64,000 nt of DNA from an uncultured virus (IMG/VR IMGVR_UViG_3300043570_001981). Taxonomy: Duplodnaviria > Heunggongvirae > Uroviricota > Caudoviricetes. Below are positions 38,230 to 46,418 of the stretch, in pieces (within the stretch, counting starts at the first letter, position 1; every line of letters starts with the position of its first letter). Location: IMG/VR virus record IMGVR_UViG_3300043570_001981; one strand, given 5' to 3'. Both the position numbers and the translations under genes were made by a program. Under the pieces are notes generated by a model. The model searched no databases. It saw nothing but the letters and a program-made list of their open reading frames with translations, and was not told the origin of the DNA.

Positions 38230-38567
38230 TGAATAAAGGTAGATTTTTACACGAAGAAAAAATAAAAGACCATTCAAACATAGGTGTTTATGGTATATTC
38301 TCAACTACAAAAGTAGAGTGGAAATATTATGTTATTTCATATAATACTAGTGCAAATGGTGGTATCAAGTTAACATCAGAACTCTGTGACTACATGCAAG
38401 AAGCAACTTTTGATAGTATTAATAGACATGGTAAAGAATATAAAACTATAGAAGATGCTAAGAAGTTTATTCAAGAATATAAAGTGAAATGGGAAACTGG
38501 TTCTAATAACACCACTCAAGAAGTTAGAGCCAAAAAACTTGATGATATTTTAGACAGTGACAAATAA
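38229..38567 (+). CDS. Hypothetical protein with C-terminal RAKKLDDIL tag
   Basis: 112-aa ORF, translationally coupled (TAATG). Confidence 0.7.
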   Translation: MNKGRFLHEEKIKDHSNIGVYGIFSTTKVEWKYYVISYNTSANGGIKLTSELCDYMQEATFDSINRHGKEYKTIEDAKKFIQEYKVKWETGSNNTTQEVRAKKLDDILDSDK

Positions 38568-40427
38568 ATATCTAAGATATATTTCTTCAGGGAATAAAGA
38601 GTAATCAAAGATGTAAGCAGCTTTCATCATATTTCTTAATATACCTTCTGACCTAAATATATTGAATTTTCTTTCGGGTCCTGAGAAATCTCCAATTATT
38701 GATCCAGTAAGATTACTCATAGTTAAACTCATAACACGTTTATAAGGATTAGACATAGGATAGATTGTTGGATAAGCTTTAATTGTTAAGAACATATCTT
38801 CTTCGGTTGGCATATTGTCTTTGTGTACTCCCCAGAAAACACCTCTAACATTATTCTTCCAAACACTATTATTATCAATAGCTACTTTTATTTCATCAGT
38901 TATCTCAAAGTCTTTCATTAGATTTTTTAAGTCTTCTCTTACTTTTTGAATTAATGAATCATGTGGATTACCATTTCTGTCAGTGTTTGTATCATCTAGA
39001 ACAATACCTAATTTTTCAGCTATTGTTCTATCTAAGTATTTACTATATTCAACTATATTTTTACCAGCACCTACTTTCTCATCTTTGAAATGATATTCAC
39101 CAGTGAACGGATCTTTAATGTAATTCTCTCTTAGGAAATATCTAGGTTTTTCATCTATAAATTCTATTATATAAAGGTCAGTTCTTGACTTAACAGCAAA
39201 ATCTGTATCTCCGTCCGAGTTGAGTTCTATTTCTATTACATTTTTATTATCTGGATATAATGTATCACTCATTAACTCAGAGTAAACAGCATCGTCTATA
39301 AAGAAATATTCTGAATGGTATTCAGACCAAACAACATCATCGGTTGGAGCAGCCCATTCATTTTTATATTCTAAATATTTAGCTTCGTCTTTATCCAACC
39401 AATCTCCAACATTCTCACAATATATAGCATTGTCTCTGCTAATATATTCACCATGCCATTCTGAATAAACAGCATCCTCTGATTCAAATCCACCATTAGT
39501 ATTTTGTACTTTAATATAACCTTGACCAGGCCATAAATCTTCATCATCTCTTAAAATTTTAGTTGTAGGATTATAAACAACAAAAGTATCCATATAAGGA
39601 TATTTCTTATAAGTGTGTTCACCTAACTTAACTTCTAAGTTTTGAGATGAAACTTTATATGAATTTTCCATCTGCCAATTCTCAAAAAAGTCAAAGAATA
39701 ACAATTTATCTGAATCATTTATAGTATAGATTCTATCCATATAATAAGAGCCATTCGTTAATTTCCAAATTAAAGCACGTCCAGTAATTTTATCTTTGTC
39801 ATCCTCTGATTTTAATATAAGTAATTGGCAAACTTCGGGGTTCTTAGTATAAATATCTAAATACTCTTGACATTGTTTATATCTCATGCAAGAGTTTCCT
39901 AACTGACCTCTTTTTTCCTCATAACTATTTTCAAGATACCATTTTTTAATATCTTCTCCACTAACTAATTCAAATTTAGAAAGGTCTTCACCATCAATAG
40001 TGGATTTATATAAATTAACAAATTCTTCAATTTTAGAATCTAATACAGTTGACTTATGAACCTCAGTAAATATTCTTCTAGTCCATCTACCAATACCTAT
40101 TTCAGTCCTAGATTTAGTCCAGAATTCACTACCTCTTTTTTTATCTCTAATGTTGTATGGTAATGTTTCTCCTAAATCTGGATTACCTCTAGTTATTCTA
40201 TTTACTTGTATTAATGAGATTGTATCATTTTTCTCAGTGACATCAATTAAAGTATAAATATCAAGCATTTGATTAGAATCTTCTGATGATAATAAAGCTT
40301 GAGCGATGCTAGACTTATCTTGAATTCTTTTTAATATATTTCTAAACTCATCAGAGAAGTAAAGTCTCATCTCTTGTTTAGCAACTGCTTCGAAAATAAA
40401 GTCTATGTAGTTTGATAAAAATCTCAT
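38550..40427 (-). CDS. SCM/GRALIW/MDRIY family protein with V(Y/W)SE.H.EY repeats
   Basis: LGNSCMR, IY.KNP, GRALIWKL, YYMDRIY, YPYMDT; paralogue of 25528..26769. Confidence 0.75.
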   Translation of the reverse strand: MRFLSNYIDFIFEAVAKQEMRLYFSDEFRNILKRIQDKSSIAQALLSSEDSNQMLDIYTLIDVTEKNDTISLIQVNRITRGNPDLGETLPYNIRDKKRGSEFWTKSRTEIGIGRWTRRIFTEVHKSTVLDSKIEEFVNLYKSTIDGEDLSKFELVSGEDIKKWYLENSYEEKRGQLGNSCMRYKQCQEYLDIYTKNPEVCQLLILKSEDDKDKITGRALIWKLTNGSYYMDRIYTINDSDKLLFFDFFENWQMENSYKVSSQNLEVKLGEHTYKKYPYMDTFVVYNPTTKILRDDEDLWPGQGYIKVQNTNGGFESEDAVYSEWHGEYISRDNAIYCENVGDWLDKDEAKYLEYKNEWAAPTDDVVWSEYHSEYFFIDDAVYSELMSDTLYPDNKNVIEIELNSDGDTDFAVKSRTDLYIIEFIDEKPRYFLRENYIKDPFTGEYHFKDEKVGAGKNIVEYSKYLDRTIAEKLGIVLDDTNTDRNGNPHDSLIQKVREDLKNLMKDFEITDEIKVAIDNNSVWKNNVRGVFWGVHKDNMPTEEDMFLTIKAYPTIYPMSNPYKRVMSLTMSNLTGSIIGDFSGPERKFNIFRSEGILRNMMKAAYIFDYSLFPEEIYLRYLFVTV

Positions 40428-40482
40428 ATGTTATATATATTATTTTCAGGATTTAATATATATGAAAACACTAAACTAAAAT

Positions 40483-41358
40483 ATGGCAATATACGCAGTA
40501 AAATACAATCCATCTCTAACCTATATACCTGGAGCAACTCAAGTAGGTACTTTAGCAGTAGCTATTGGTGATGTCGACTACTCAACTGGTGGTTGGGTAG
40601 CTGGTGTATCAGATGATAACGGATATGTTATCTACTCAGATACTAGTTCTTTGAATCTTGTAGGAAGAACAACCGGTGGTAATACCGGAATAGCATCTTC
40701 TAATATGCCTACTTTTTATAGAAGTCAATTTAAAACAGACCAATCATTACTACAATTAATTAATAGAATACCTGGAAACACACAATCTTTTAATGATATA
40801 AATTCAGCAAAAGCTTGGTTAAATAATGCAGCACACGTTAATATATTAGGAGGAACTTATAGTTCAGGTGGTGGAACTTCTAGTCCTGGATCAACTGCAT
40901 CCTACATAGTAACAATTAAAGAAGTAGGTTCAAATATTGTTATGTCTGGATCAGGAACACTTAATATTAATGATTTAACATTAGTGGCTGGGGCAACCGG
41001 TCCAATGGGTAGTGCGGGTCTTGGAACTAACACAGCGACATTTATATTAGGAGCAAATGGTGGATATTTTGATCAGTATAGTGGAATTTTAACTAACCCA
41101 ACCAGTTTTGGAACAGGTTCAGGAATTGGATCGGCAACATCTAGTGGGGATATAGTAGGTGTTGTTTACTATAGTGGACCACCTCATTTGTTAATAGTGC
41201 CTGTGGGTTATACATCAGGTTCATATCTTACATCATCTCAAACATTCAACAGTCAAACATTTACCAGTTTAGGATTAGTTGCTGGAACTTACTCATATAC
41301 TTGGGGAACTGGTTCAAATGCAGAAATATTATCTGTAGTAGTTGGTGGAACCGTTTAA
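40483..41358 (+). CDS. Gly/Ser/Thr-rich virion decoration/adhesin-like protein
   Basis: C-terminal domain (VTI.EVGSN.V.SGSGTLN...PTSFGTG...VP.GY.SG..L....TF..QTF.SLGL..GTY.YTWG) resembles a domain I recognise from bacterial PEP-CTERM surface proteins; TAATATATA at 40454-40462. Confidence 0.65.
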   Translation: MAIYAVKYNPSLTYIPGATQVGTLAVAIGDVDYSTGGWVAGVSDDNGYVIYSDTSSLNLVGRTTGGNTGIASSNMPTFYRSQFKTDQSLLQLINRIPGNTQSFNDINSAKAWLNNAAHVNILGGTYSSGGGTSSPGSTASYIVTIKEVGSNIVMSGSGTLNINDLTLVAGATGPMGSAGLGTNTATFILGANGGYFDQYSGILTNPTSFGTGSGIGSATSSGDIVGVVYYSGPPHLLIVPVGYTSGSYLTSSQTFNSQTFTSLGLVAGTYSYTWGTGSNAEILSVVVGGTV

Positions 41359-41560
41359 TACATTGGATTCGTCAGGTGGAACAATTGCTATTTCTCAAGG
41401 ATCTAATACAGCAATCTATAGTGGAGGAGCGGGAGTCTACTTTGTTAATAATTTCGGAGGAGTGAATGTTCTAATAATTAATGCGCAAACGGCTACATTG
41501 GTACAATCGGCTTCTGCGCCATTTACTTCAGGAACACCTATTACAATATCAATAAGTTAA
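41342..41560 (+). pseudogene. Out-of-frame continuation or fragment of the upstream decoration protein
   Basis: No convincing start; same composition as the upstream gene (FNTLDSSGGTIAISQGSNTAIYSG...); ends directly before the terminator. Confidence 0.45.
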
Positions 41561-41575
41561 AAATTTAGATAAAAC

Positions 41576-41607
41576 AAAAAACCCACTTAAATTAAGTGGG
41601 TTTTTTT
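41576..41607. terminator. Bidirectional terminator, CCCACT family
   Basis: AAAAAACCCACTTAA-a-TTAAGTGGGTTTTTTT. Confidence 0.85.
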
Positions 41608-41626
41608 ATTTCTTATAATTTTGATA

Positions 41627-42706
41627 TTATAACTTAACACCTTTTTTCTTTTTCTTCTTATCTCCTAAAATTTCTTTTGATGTTTTAGTTAGATATTTAG
41701 TTTGTCTTTTGAATTGATTAGCAAAGTCATCTTGTCTTTGGTCTGGACCTTGTGGGTTTAACTGAGCCGCCATATTTCCAAACTCTGTGAATTTAAGAAC
41801 TGATGATTCCATACCGGTTGGTTGTTGAGATGTTTCTATAACAGGACTATCAATAGTTCTAATCATTTTGGTAATATTAGAAGGATCTTTTGTTCCTTTA
41901 ACACTATATTCAATTATATTAGGAAATTGTTCTTTATTTAGACTTGAGTATAAATCTTCAATGTGTTTAACATTTTTCAAATCGTCATCAGAGAAACCTA
42001 TCTTAGCTTGTTTACCAATCTTTTGTGCATAATCATTGACTTTAGATTGGAATATTAATAAAGCTTCTTCTTTAGCTTTTTCTGGATTGTCTGGAGAACC
42101 ACCTCTTGAAGGTGAAGAAACTCCAACTAAATCACAATTATCTAAGTATTCTTTAATTAGTTCATTTTTTGATGGTTGACCTTTTAGTATTCTTTCATTT
42201 GATTCACCACGGTCTCCTGTGAAATTGTAAGCATACATCATAAGATGATTATACATTGAATAAAGTTGTTCTTCAGTTAGAACATTATCAATTATCCATT
42301 CAATTCCTTTTCTCATTGCTGATGATTCGTGACCACGAGCTGTAATGATAGCAAATAAAGATCCGTTTGAAAGACATTCAATGAAGTCATTCCAAGCTGG
42401 TCCTAACTTACCTTGTGCAATAGCAGTCTTAACATCTTCTAAAAATGCTGAGTCTCCTCTTTCACCTGAGTCATTAAACTCGATAAAGGCATTTGAATAA
42501 TTTATTCTCCAATTATCTTTATCATTTCTAACTACTGCAAATTCAGCAGTAGATACCTCAGTTGGTATCCATTGACCATCAACTAAATGTTCCATGTGGA
42601 TTTTAGTTGGCATGTTTAGAATGTTATCATCCCAATCGAAAGCATAATATAGCAGATATTCAGAAGTTTTACTTTCTGAAATGAACTGATTAAATCGTTT
42701 AATCAT
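41627..42706 (-). CDS. HAD-superfamily phosphatase-like protein, putative internal head protein
   Basis: Starts MIKRFNQFISES; YAFDWDDNI (motif I), IITARGH (II), K (III), GFSDDD.KN (IV). Confidence 0.75.
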   Translation of the reverse strand: MIKRFNQFISESKTSEYLLYYAFDWDDNILNMPTKIHMEHLVDGQWIPTEVSTAEFAVVRNDKDNWRINYSNAFIEFNDSGERGDSAFLEDVKTAIAQGKLGPAWNDFIECLSNGSLFAIITARGHESSAMRKGIEWIIDNVLTEEQLYSMYNHLMMYAYNFTGDRGESNERILKGQPSKNELIKEYLDNCDLVGVSSPSRGGSPDNPEKAKEEALLIFQSKVNDYAQKIGKQAKIGFSDDDLKNVKHIEDLYSSLNKEQFPNIIEYSVKGTKDPSNITKMIRTIDSPVIETSQQPTGMESSVLKFTEFGNMAAQLNPQGPDQRQDDFANQFKRQTKYLTKTSKEILGDKKKKKKGVKL

Positions 42707-42711
42707 TTTAA

Positions 42712-43044
42712 TTATTTCTTTTTGTTAATGAAAGATTGAAAAGACTCTAATTTGTTTTCAGACTCTTCTTCTTCATCTTGCATTTCTTCACCTAATTCAG
42801 ATTCTTCTTCCTCTTCTTGAGACTCTTCTTCGTCTTGAGATCCGAAATCTTCTTCTTCACCACCAAAATCATCAAATGATTTGATACCTTCACCTTCTTC
42901 AGATTCTTCACCTTCTTGAGCTTCTTCAGTTTCGATAGAAAACTCTTCGATGATTTCCTCATCTTTTTCAGCTTTTACGGTAATAAGACCTTCGTTTTCT
43001 TCGATAGTGATCTCATATCCATTTATTTCAACTTTAGTTATCAT
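42712..43044 (-). CDS. Highly acidic small protein
   Basis: Glu-rich with IKSFDDF and LESFQSFINKKK motifs; TAATATATA at 43065-43073. Confidence 0.7.
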   Translation of the reverse strand: MITKVEINGYEITIEENEGLITVKAEKDEEIIEEFSIETEEAQEGEESEEGEGIKSFDDFGGEEEDFGSQDEEESQEEEEESELGEEMQDEEEESENKLESFQSFINKKK

Positions 43045-43109
43045 AATTCTTTTTTATTTTTCTGTATATATTAATTATGTAATCCCGTTTTTTGCTTTTA
43101 CCAATAAGT

Positions 43110-43136
43110 AAACTTTTCTTTGTTTATATCATAAAA
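43110..43136 (+). promoter_or_regulatory. Putative middle-type promoter AAAC-N17-ATAAA
   Basis: Upstream of clpP; same motif as before the MTase, clamp, infC, polymerase, primase and uvsW genes. Confidence 0.45.
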
Positions 43137-43157
43137 AGTAAAAAGTAAAAGAAAATA

Positions 43158-43811
43158 ATGAATTTTAGAAAATACGCAATACAAAGTGTTAGTGGATCAA
43201 CACTAGATGATTACTTCAAAAAATTACAAAAAAGAAACTTCACAACACATTTATTAGAAGATAATGGTATGCCAGTTGATGTATTTTCTAAATTATTAGA
43301 TGATAGAATCATATTTCTTTCAACTGAAATAGACTCAGATGTTTGTAATATAATTAAAGCTCAACTTCTTTACTTAGAAAGTGAGTCAGATGATGATATT
43401 AAAATCTATATTGATAGTCCTGGTGGATCAGTTTATTCTGGATTAGGTCTATTAGATGTTATGGATTTTGTTAAACCAGACATCATTACAATCAATACGG
43501 GACTCGCTGCTTCAATGGGAGCTGTTATACTATGTTCTGGTACTAAAGGTAAAAGAAAGGCTCTTAAAAGAAGTAGAACAATGATTCACCAACCAATGAG
43601 TTATGGTGGATATGTTCAACAAGCTTCTGATATGGAAATTGAAGCTAAAGAAATGAACTCAATCAAAAAAGAACTTTATGAGATAATATCAGATATGACT
43701 GGTCAAAACTATGATAGAGTTAGTAAAGATGGTGATAGAGATTATTGGATGACGGCTATTGAAGCTAAGAAGTACGGAATGGTTGATGAGATTGTAACAA
43801 AAAGAAAATAA
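43158..43811 (+). CDS. clpP: ATP-dependent Clp protease proteolytic subunit
   Basis: DVFSKLLDDRIIFL, AQLLYLES, YIDSPGGSV, GLAASMG (Ser), MIHQP (His), DRDYWM.A.EA..YG.VD (Asp). Confidence 0.95.
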   Translation: MNFRKYAIQSVSGSTLDDYFKKLQKRNFTTHLLEDNGMPVDVFSKLLDDRIIFLSTEIDSDVCNIIKAQLLYLESESDDDIKIYIDSPGGSVYSGLGLLDVMDFVKPDIITINTGLAASMGAVILCSGTKGKRKALKRSRTMIHQPMSYGGYVQQASDMEIEAKEMNSIKKELYEIISDMTGQNYDRVSKDGDRDYWMTAIEAKKYGMVDEIVTKRK

Positions 43812-43814
43812 TCA

Positions 43815-44597
43815 ATGATATCTGATAAAGAAATAGTATTTATAACAACTGCTTTATATACTAAATGGTTAGATTATCAAAAGAATATTATTAAAAATCT
43901 TTTTCCTGAGTCCACACACATCATAGTTGATGGTAGAAAAGTGTCAGATTGGCCAAATTCTTGGTTTTATTGGATAGACCAAATAAAAGGAAGCCAATAT
44001 AAATGGTATGTTCATATTGACGAAGATTGTTTCTTAACCAATAGAGAAGAACTTATTAGTGTTATTAACAAAATGGTCACTGAAAATATAAATATAATGG
44101 GTTGTTCTGATGGTTATTACATGCAAAGAAATGCTCATCCAGTTGTTATAAATCCATTTTTAATGGTGGGTAGAATTTCAGATATAGATAAAGTACAAAT
44201 AGATATGAAGTCATTTAGATTCAAGTTGAACACTCAACTGACTAATAATGGATTGCTATACTATTGGACTAATAATTCAGGAGTAAAATTCAAACAAGAG
44301 TATAAAGATAATTTTATATACCCACATAAAATAAATAGTGGTTTTAGTTTTATGGATGGTAAAGAACCCTATTACTTATTTTTCTGGTATATGAAAGAGA
44401 TTGGATGTAAGTTTGGATATCTTTATCCACATTTAGATGAATATTATAATTCAACAAATCCAAGAATATCCGAAAATTCAAATGATATAGCAATACATAT
44501 GTGGGAAACAAGAAATTGTGACTTAGATAATAAATTTCTTGGTCTGTCTAATAAAGAAAGATGGAGTAGAATTAAAAAATATATGGATAACAAATGA
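43815..44597 (+). CDS. Putative GT-A fold glycosyltransferase
   Basis: Y.WYVHIDEDCFL DxD motif, HIIVDG, late AIHMW. Confidence 0.55.
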   Translation: MISDKEIVFITTALYTKWLDYQKNIIKNLFPESTHIIVDGRKVSDWPNSWFYWIDQIKGSQYKWYVHIDEDCFLTNREELISVINKMVTENINIMGCSDGYYMQRNAHPVVINPFLMVGRISDIDKVQIDMKSFRFKLNTQLTNNGLLYYWTNNSGVKFKQEYKDNFIYPHKINSGFSFMDGKEPYYLFFWYMKEIGCKFGYLYPHLDEYYNSTNPRISENSNDIAIHMWETRNCDLDNKFLGLSNKERWSRIKKYMDNK

Positions 44598-45028
44598 TAT
44601 TACAAATTTCACAATTAAGTAAAGAAGAAAGAGTTAAAGAGATAATAACAGAGATTCATAAGAAGACATCAAACTCTATGAGTATGTCTCCTTTTCAGTC
44701 AGTAATAGAACCATCAACATTGATTCAAATAGTTGAATCAATAGAGGATAGAATTTATTTTATATCAGAGTCTCCATCATTTGAATTCAAAGGAAGAAAC
44801 TGGACTTGTCAACAATATAAGTGTGATACAATTGAGGATTTTAAGTATTTAATGGATGGTCATCAAGGTGAATTCTTTGTACTTTATAATATTATGATTA
44901 CTAATGGTGTTATTTCAAATGCACCTGGTATTTCACAAAATAAATCTTATATGATTAGAGGTGTTTTTGTACAAGATCCTTCAATTAAAAGAGAGCAAAT
45001 AATAAATCAAATTCTAAACGAAGAATAA
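44594..45028 (+). CDS. Hypothetical protein with C-terminal REQIINQIL tag
   Basis: 144-aa ORF with ATGA overlap. Confidence 0.7.
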   Translation: MILQISQLSKEERVKEIITEIHKKTSNSMSMSPFQSVIEPSTLIQIVESIEDRIYFISESPSFEFKGRNWTCQQYKCDTIEDFKYLMDGHQGEFFVLYNIMITNGVISNAPGISQNKSYMIRGVFVQDPSIKREQIINQILNEE

Positions 45029-45053
45029 CTTTTAGATCTTAATATATAAAGAG

Positions 45054-45710
45054 ATGAAAAAATTCTCTAAACTTATATTAGAAACTAAAAACGAGGCTCG
45101 TACAATGAGTCCTCTTACAAACCCGGTTGATTGGGATGAAATATTCAAACCTTTAATAGAACATATTGAATCTAATCTTCAATCAAAAGTTCAAGGTCCT
45201 GGAAGTGCGGTTTTTACTGATAAAACAAAAGGACTTCTTGACCAATTTATTGATCAAGTAGAAGAAGATTATAAAGACTATTTTCAATATGAAATACACG
45301 ATGGTTCACAAGAATCATTTTTACAAGCATTTAATATAAATGTTGATTATAGAGATATAATGGATTGTATTCAACCTTTACTAGATAGAACAGAGGATGT
45401 TGAAGATAATGGTGATTTTGATCTTGGCGCTTTTGTTATTGATATAGTTAGTATTAAATATAATACAAATGAAGAAATATCTGAGGATTTAGCAGATGTT
45501 CATGGTAAGTTAAAAATGTTAGATGCTGATTATACTATGAAGGTAGTTAAGTCTAGAGGTGTTAGAGATACTGGAACTGTATCGTTAACAAAAACATCAA
45601 CTGATATTGATACTTTATTATTAAATGGTTTATTAGAAGGTGAGAAGATATCCAATGTTATGATATACATTTATAATAAAGAAACGGTTCAAGCCTCTGA
45701 TTTAGATTAA
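45054..45710 (+). CDS. Acidic hypothetical protein, putative internal head protein
   Basis: Starts MKKFSKLILE; TAATATATA at 45040-45048. Confidence 0.7.
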   Translation: MKKFSKLILETKNEARTMSPLTNPVDWDEIFKPLIEHIESNLQSKVQGPGSAVFTDKTKGLLDQFIDQVEEDYKDYFQYEIHDGSQESFLQAFNINVDYRDIMDCIQPLLDRTEDVEDNGDFDLGAFVIDIVSIKYNTNEEISEDLADVHGKLKMLDADYTMKVVKSRGVRDTGTVSLTKTSTDIDTLLLNGLLEGEKISNVMIYIYNKETVQASDLD

Positions 45711-46396
45711 TCTACTTTATTTAGAATCTTCTTAATAATTTCCATTTTCTTTTTACCAGTTTCACCTTTGAATCTATCCCATAGACCGAAAACACCGTGA
45801 GCAAATGAATCTGCGAAATCTTCTCTCGGATTTCTCGAAGTGTATTTTCTACAAAAATTAGCATCTTTTTTGTATATCCAATTAGACAATTTATGACCAG
45901 CTATCTCTCGACCTTTTCTCTTTTCTTCATATCTAGCATATTCCTCAGGAACATTAGCTCTTCTGTCTAATTTTTTCCAACCAGATATAGATTTCCATTC
46001 TCTTGAATATGAAACCTTTTCTATATGGTCAATACAATGACCAATTTCATGAACTAAAACAAACAAATTATAAGGAACATCCTTAACGCCATTTTCAAAT
46101 TCTTTTTTGAAGTCAAATATTGATGGATTCAAAGTCATCTCTTGTCTTTTACCAGAGTCATGCCATCTACCGTGAACACCACCTAAATCTTTTAAGATTA
46201 TCTTATCGACTTTATTCTTGATAAAATTTTTATCAAATATATTAAATGCTTTTTCAATTAGTTTAATTTGACTAACTTCAAATTTTTCATCTAATTCTGT
46301 TCCAAATTTTTTCTTAAAAGAAATAATCATTTCTTGAGCTTTAGTAAGCTTTTCTTTTTTAGATTCGAATATTGAAAAATTTTTAAGATGTTTCAT
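45707..46396 (-). CDS. Zincin-like metallopeptidase, putative internal head protein
   Basis: Starts MKHLKNFSIFES; LVHEIGHCID (HExxH); Y..RNPREDFADSF third-ligand motif. Confidence 0.75.
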   Translation of the reverse strand: MKHLKNFSIFESKKEKLTKAQEMIISFKKKFGTELDEKFEVSQIKLIEKAFNIFDKNFIKNKVDKIILKDLGGVHGRWHDSGKRQEMTLNPSIFDFKKEFENGVKDVPYNLFVLVHEIGHCIDHIEKVSYSREWKSISGWKKLDRRANVPEEYARYEEKRKGREIAGHKLSNWIYKKDANFCRKYTSRNPREDFADSFAHGVFGLWDRFKGETGKKKMEIIKKILNKVD

Positions 46397-46418
46397 AATC
46401 TATATATTAAATACAAGA

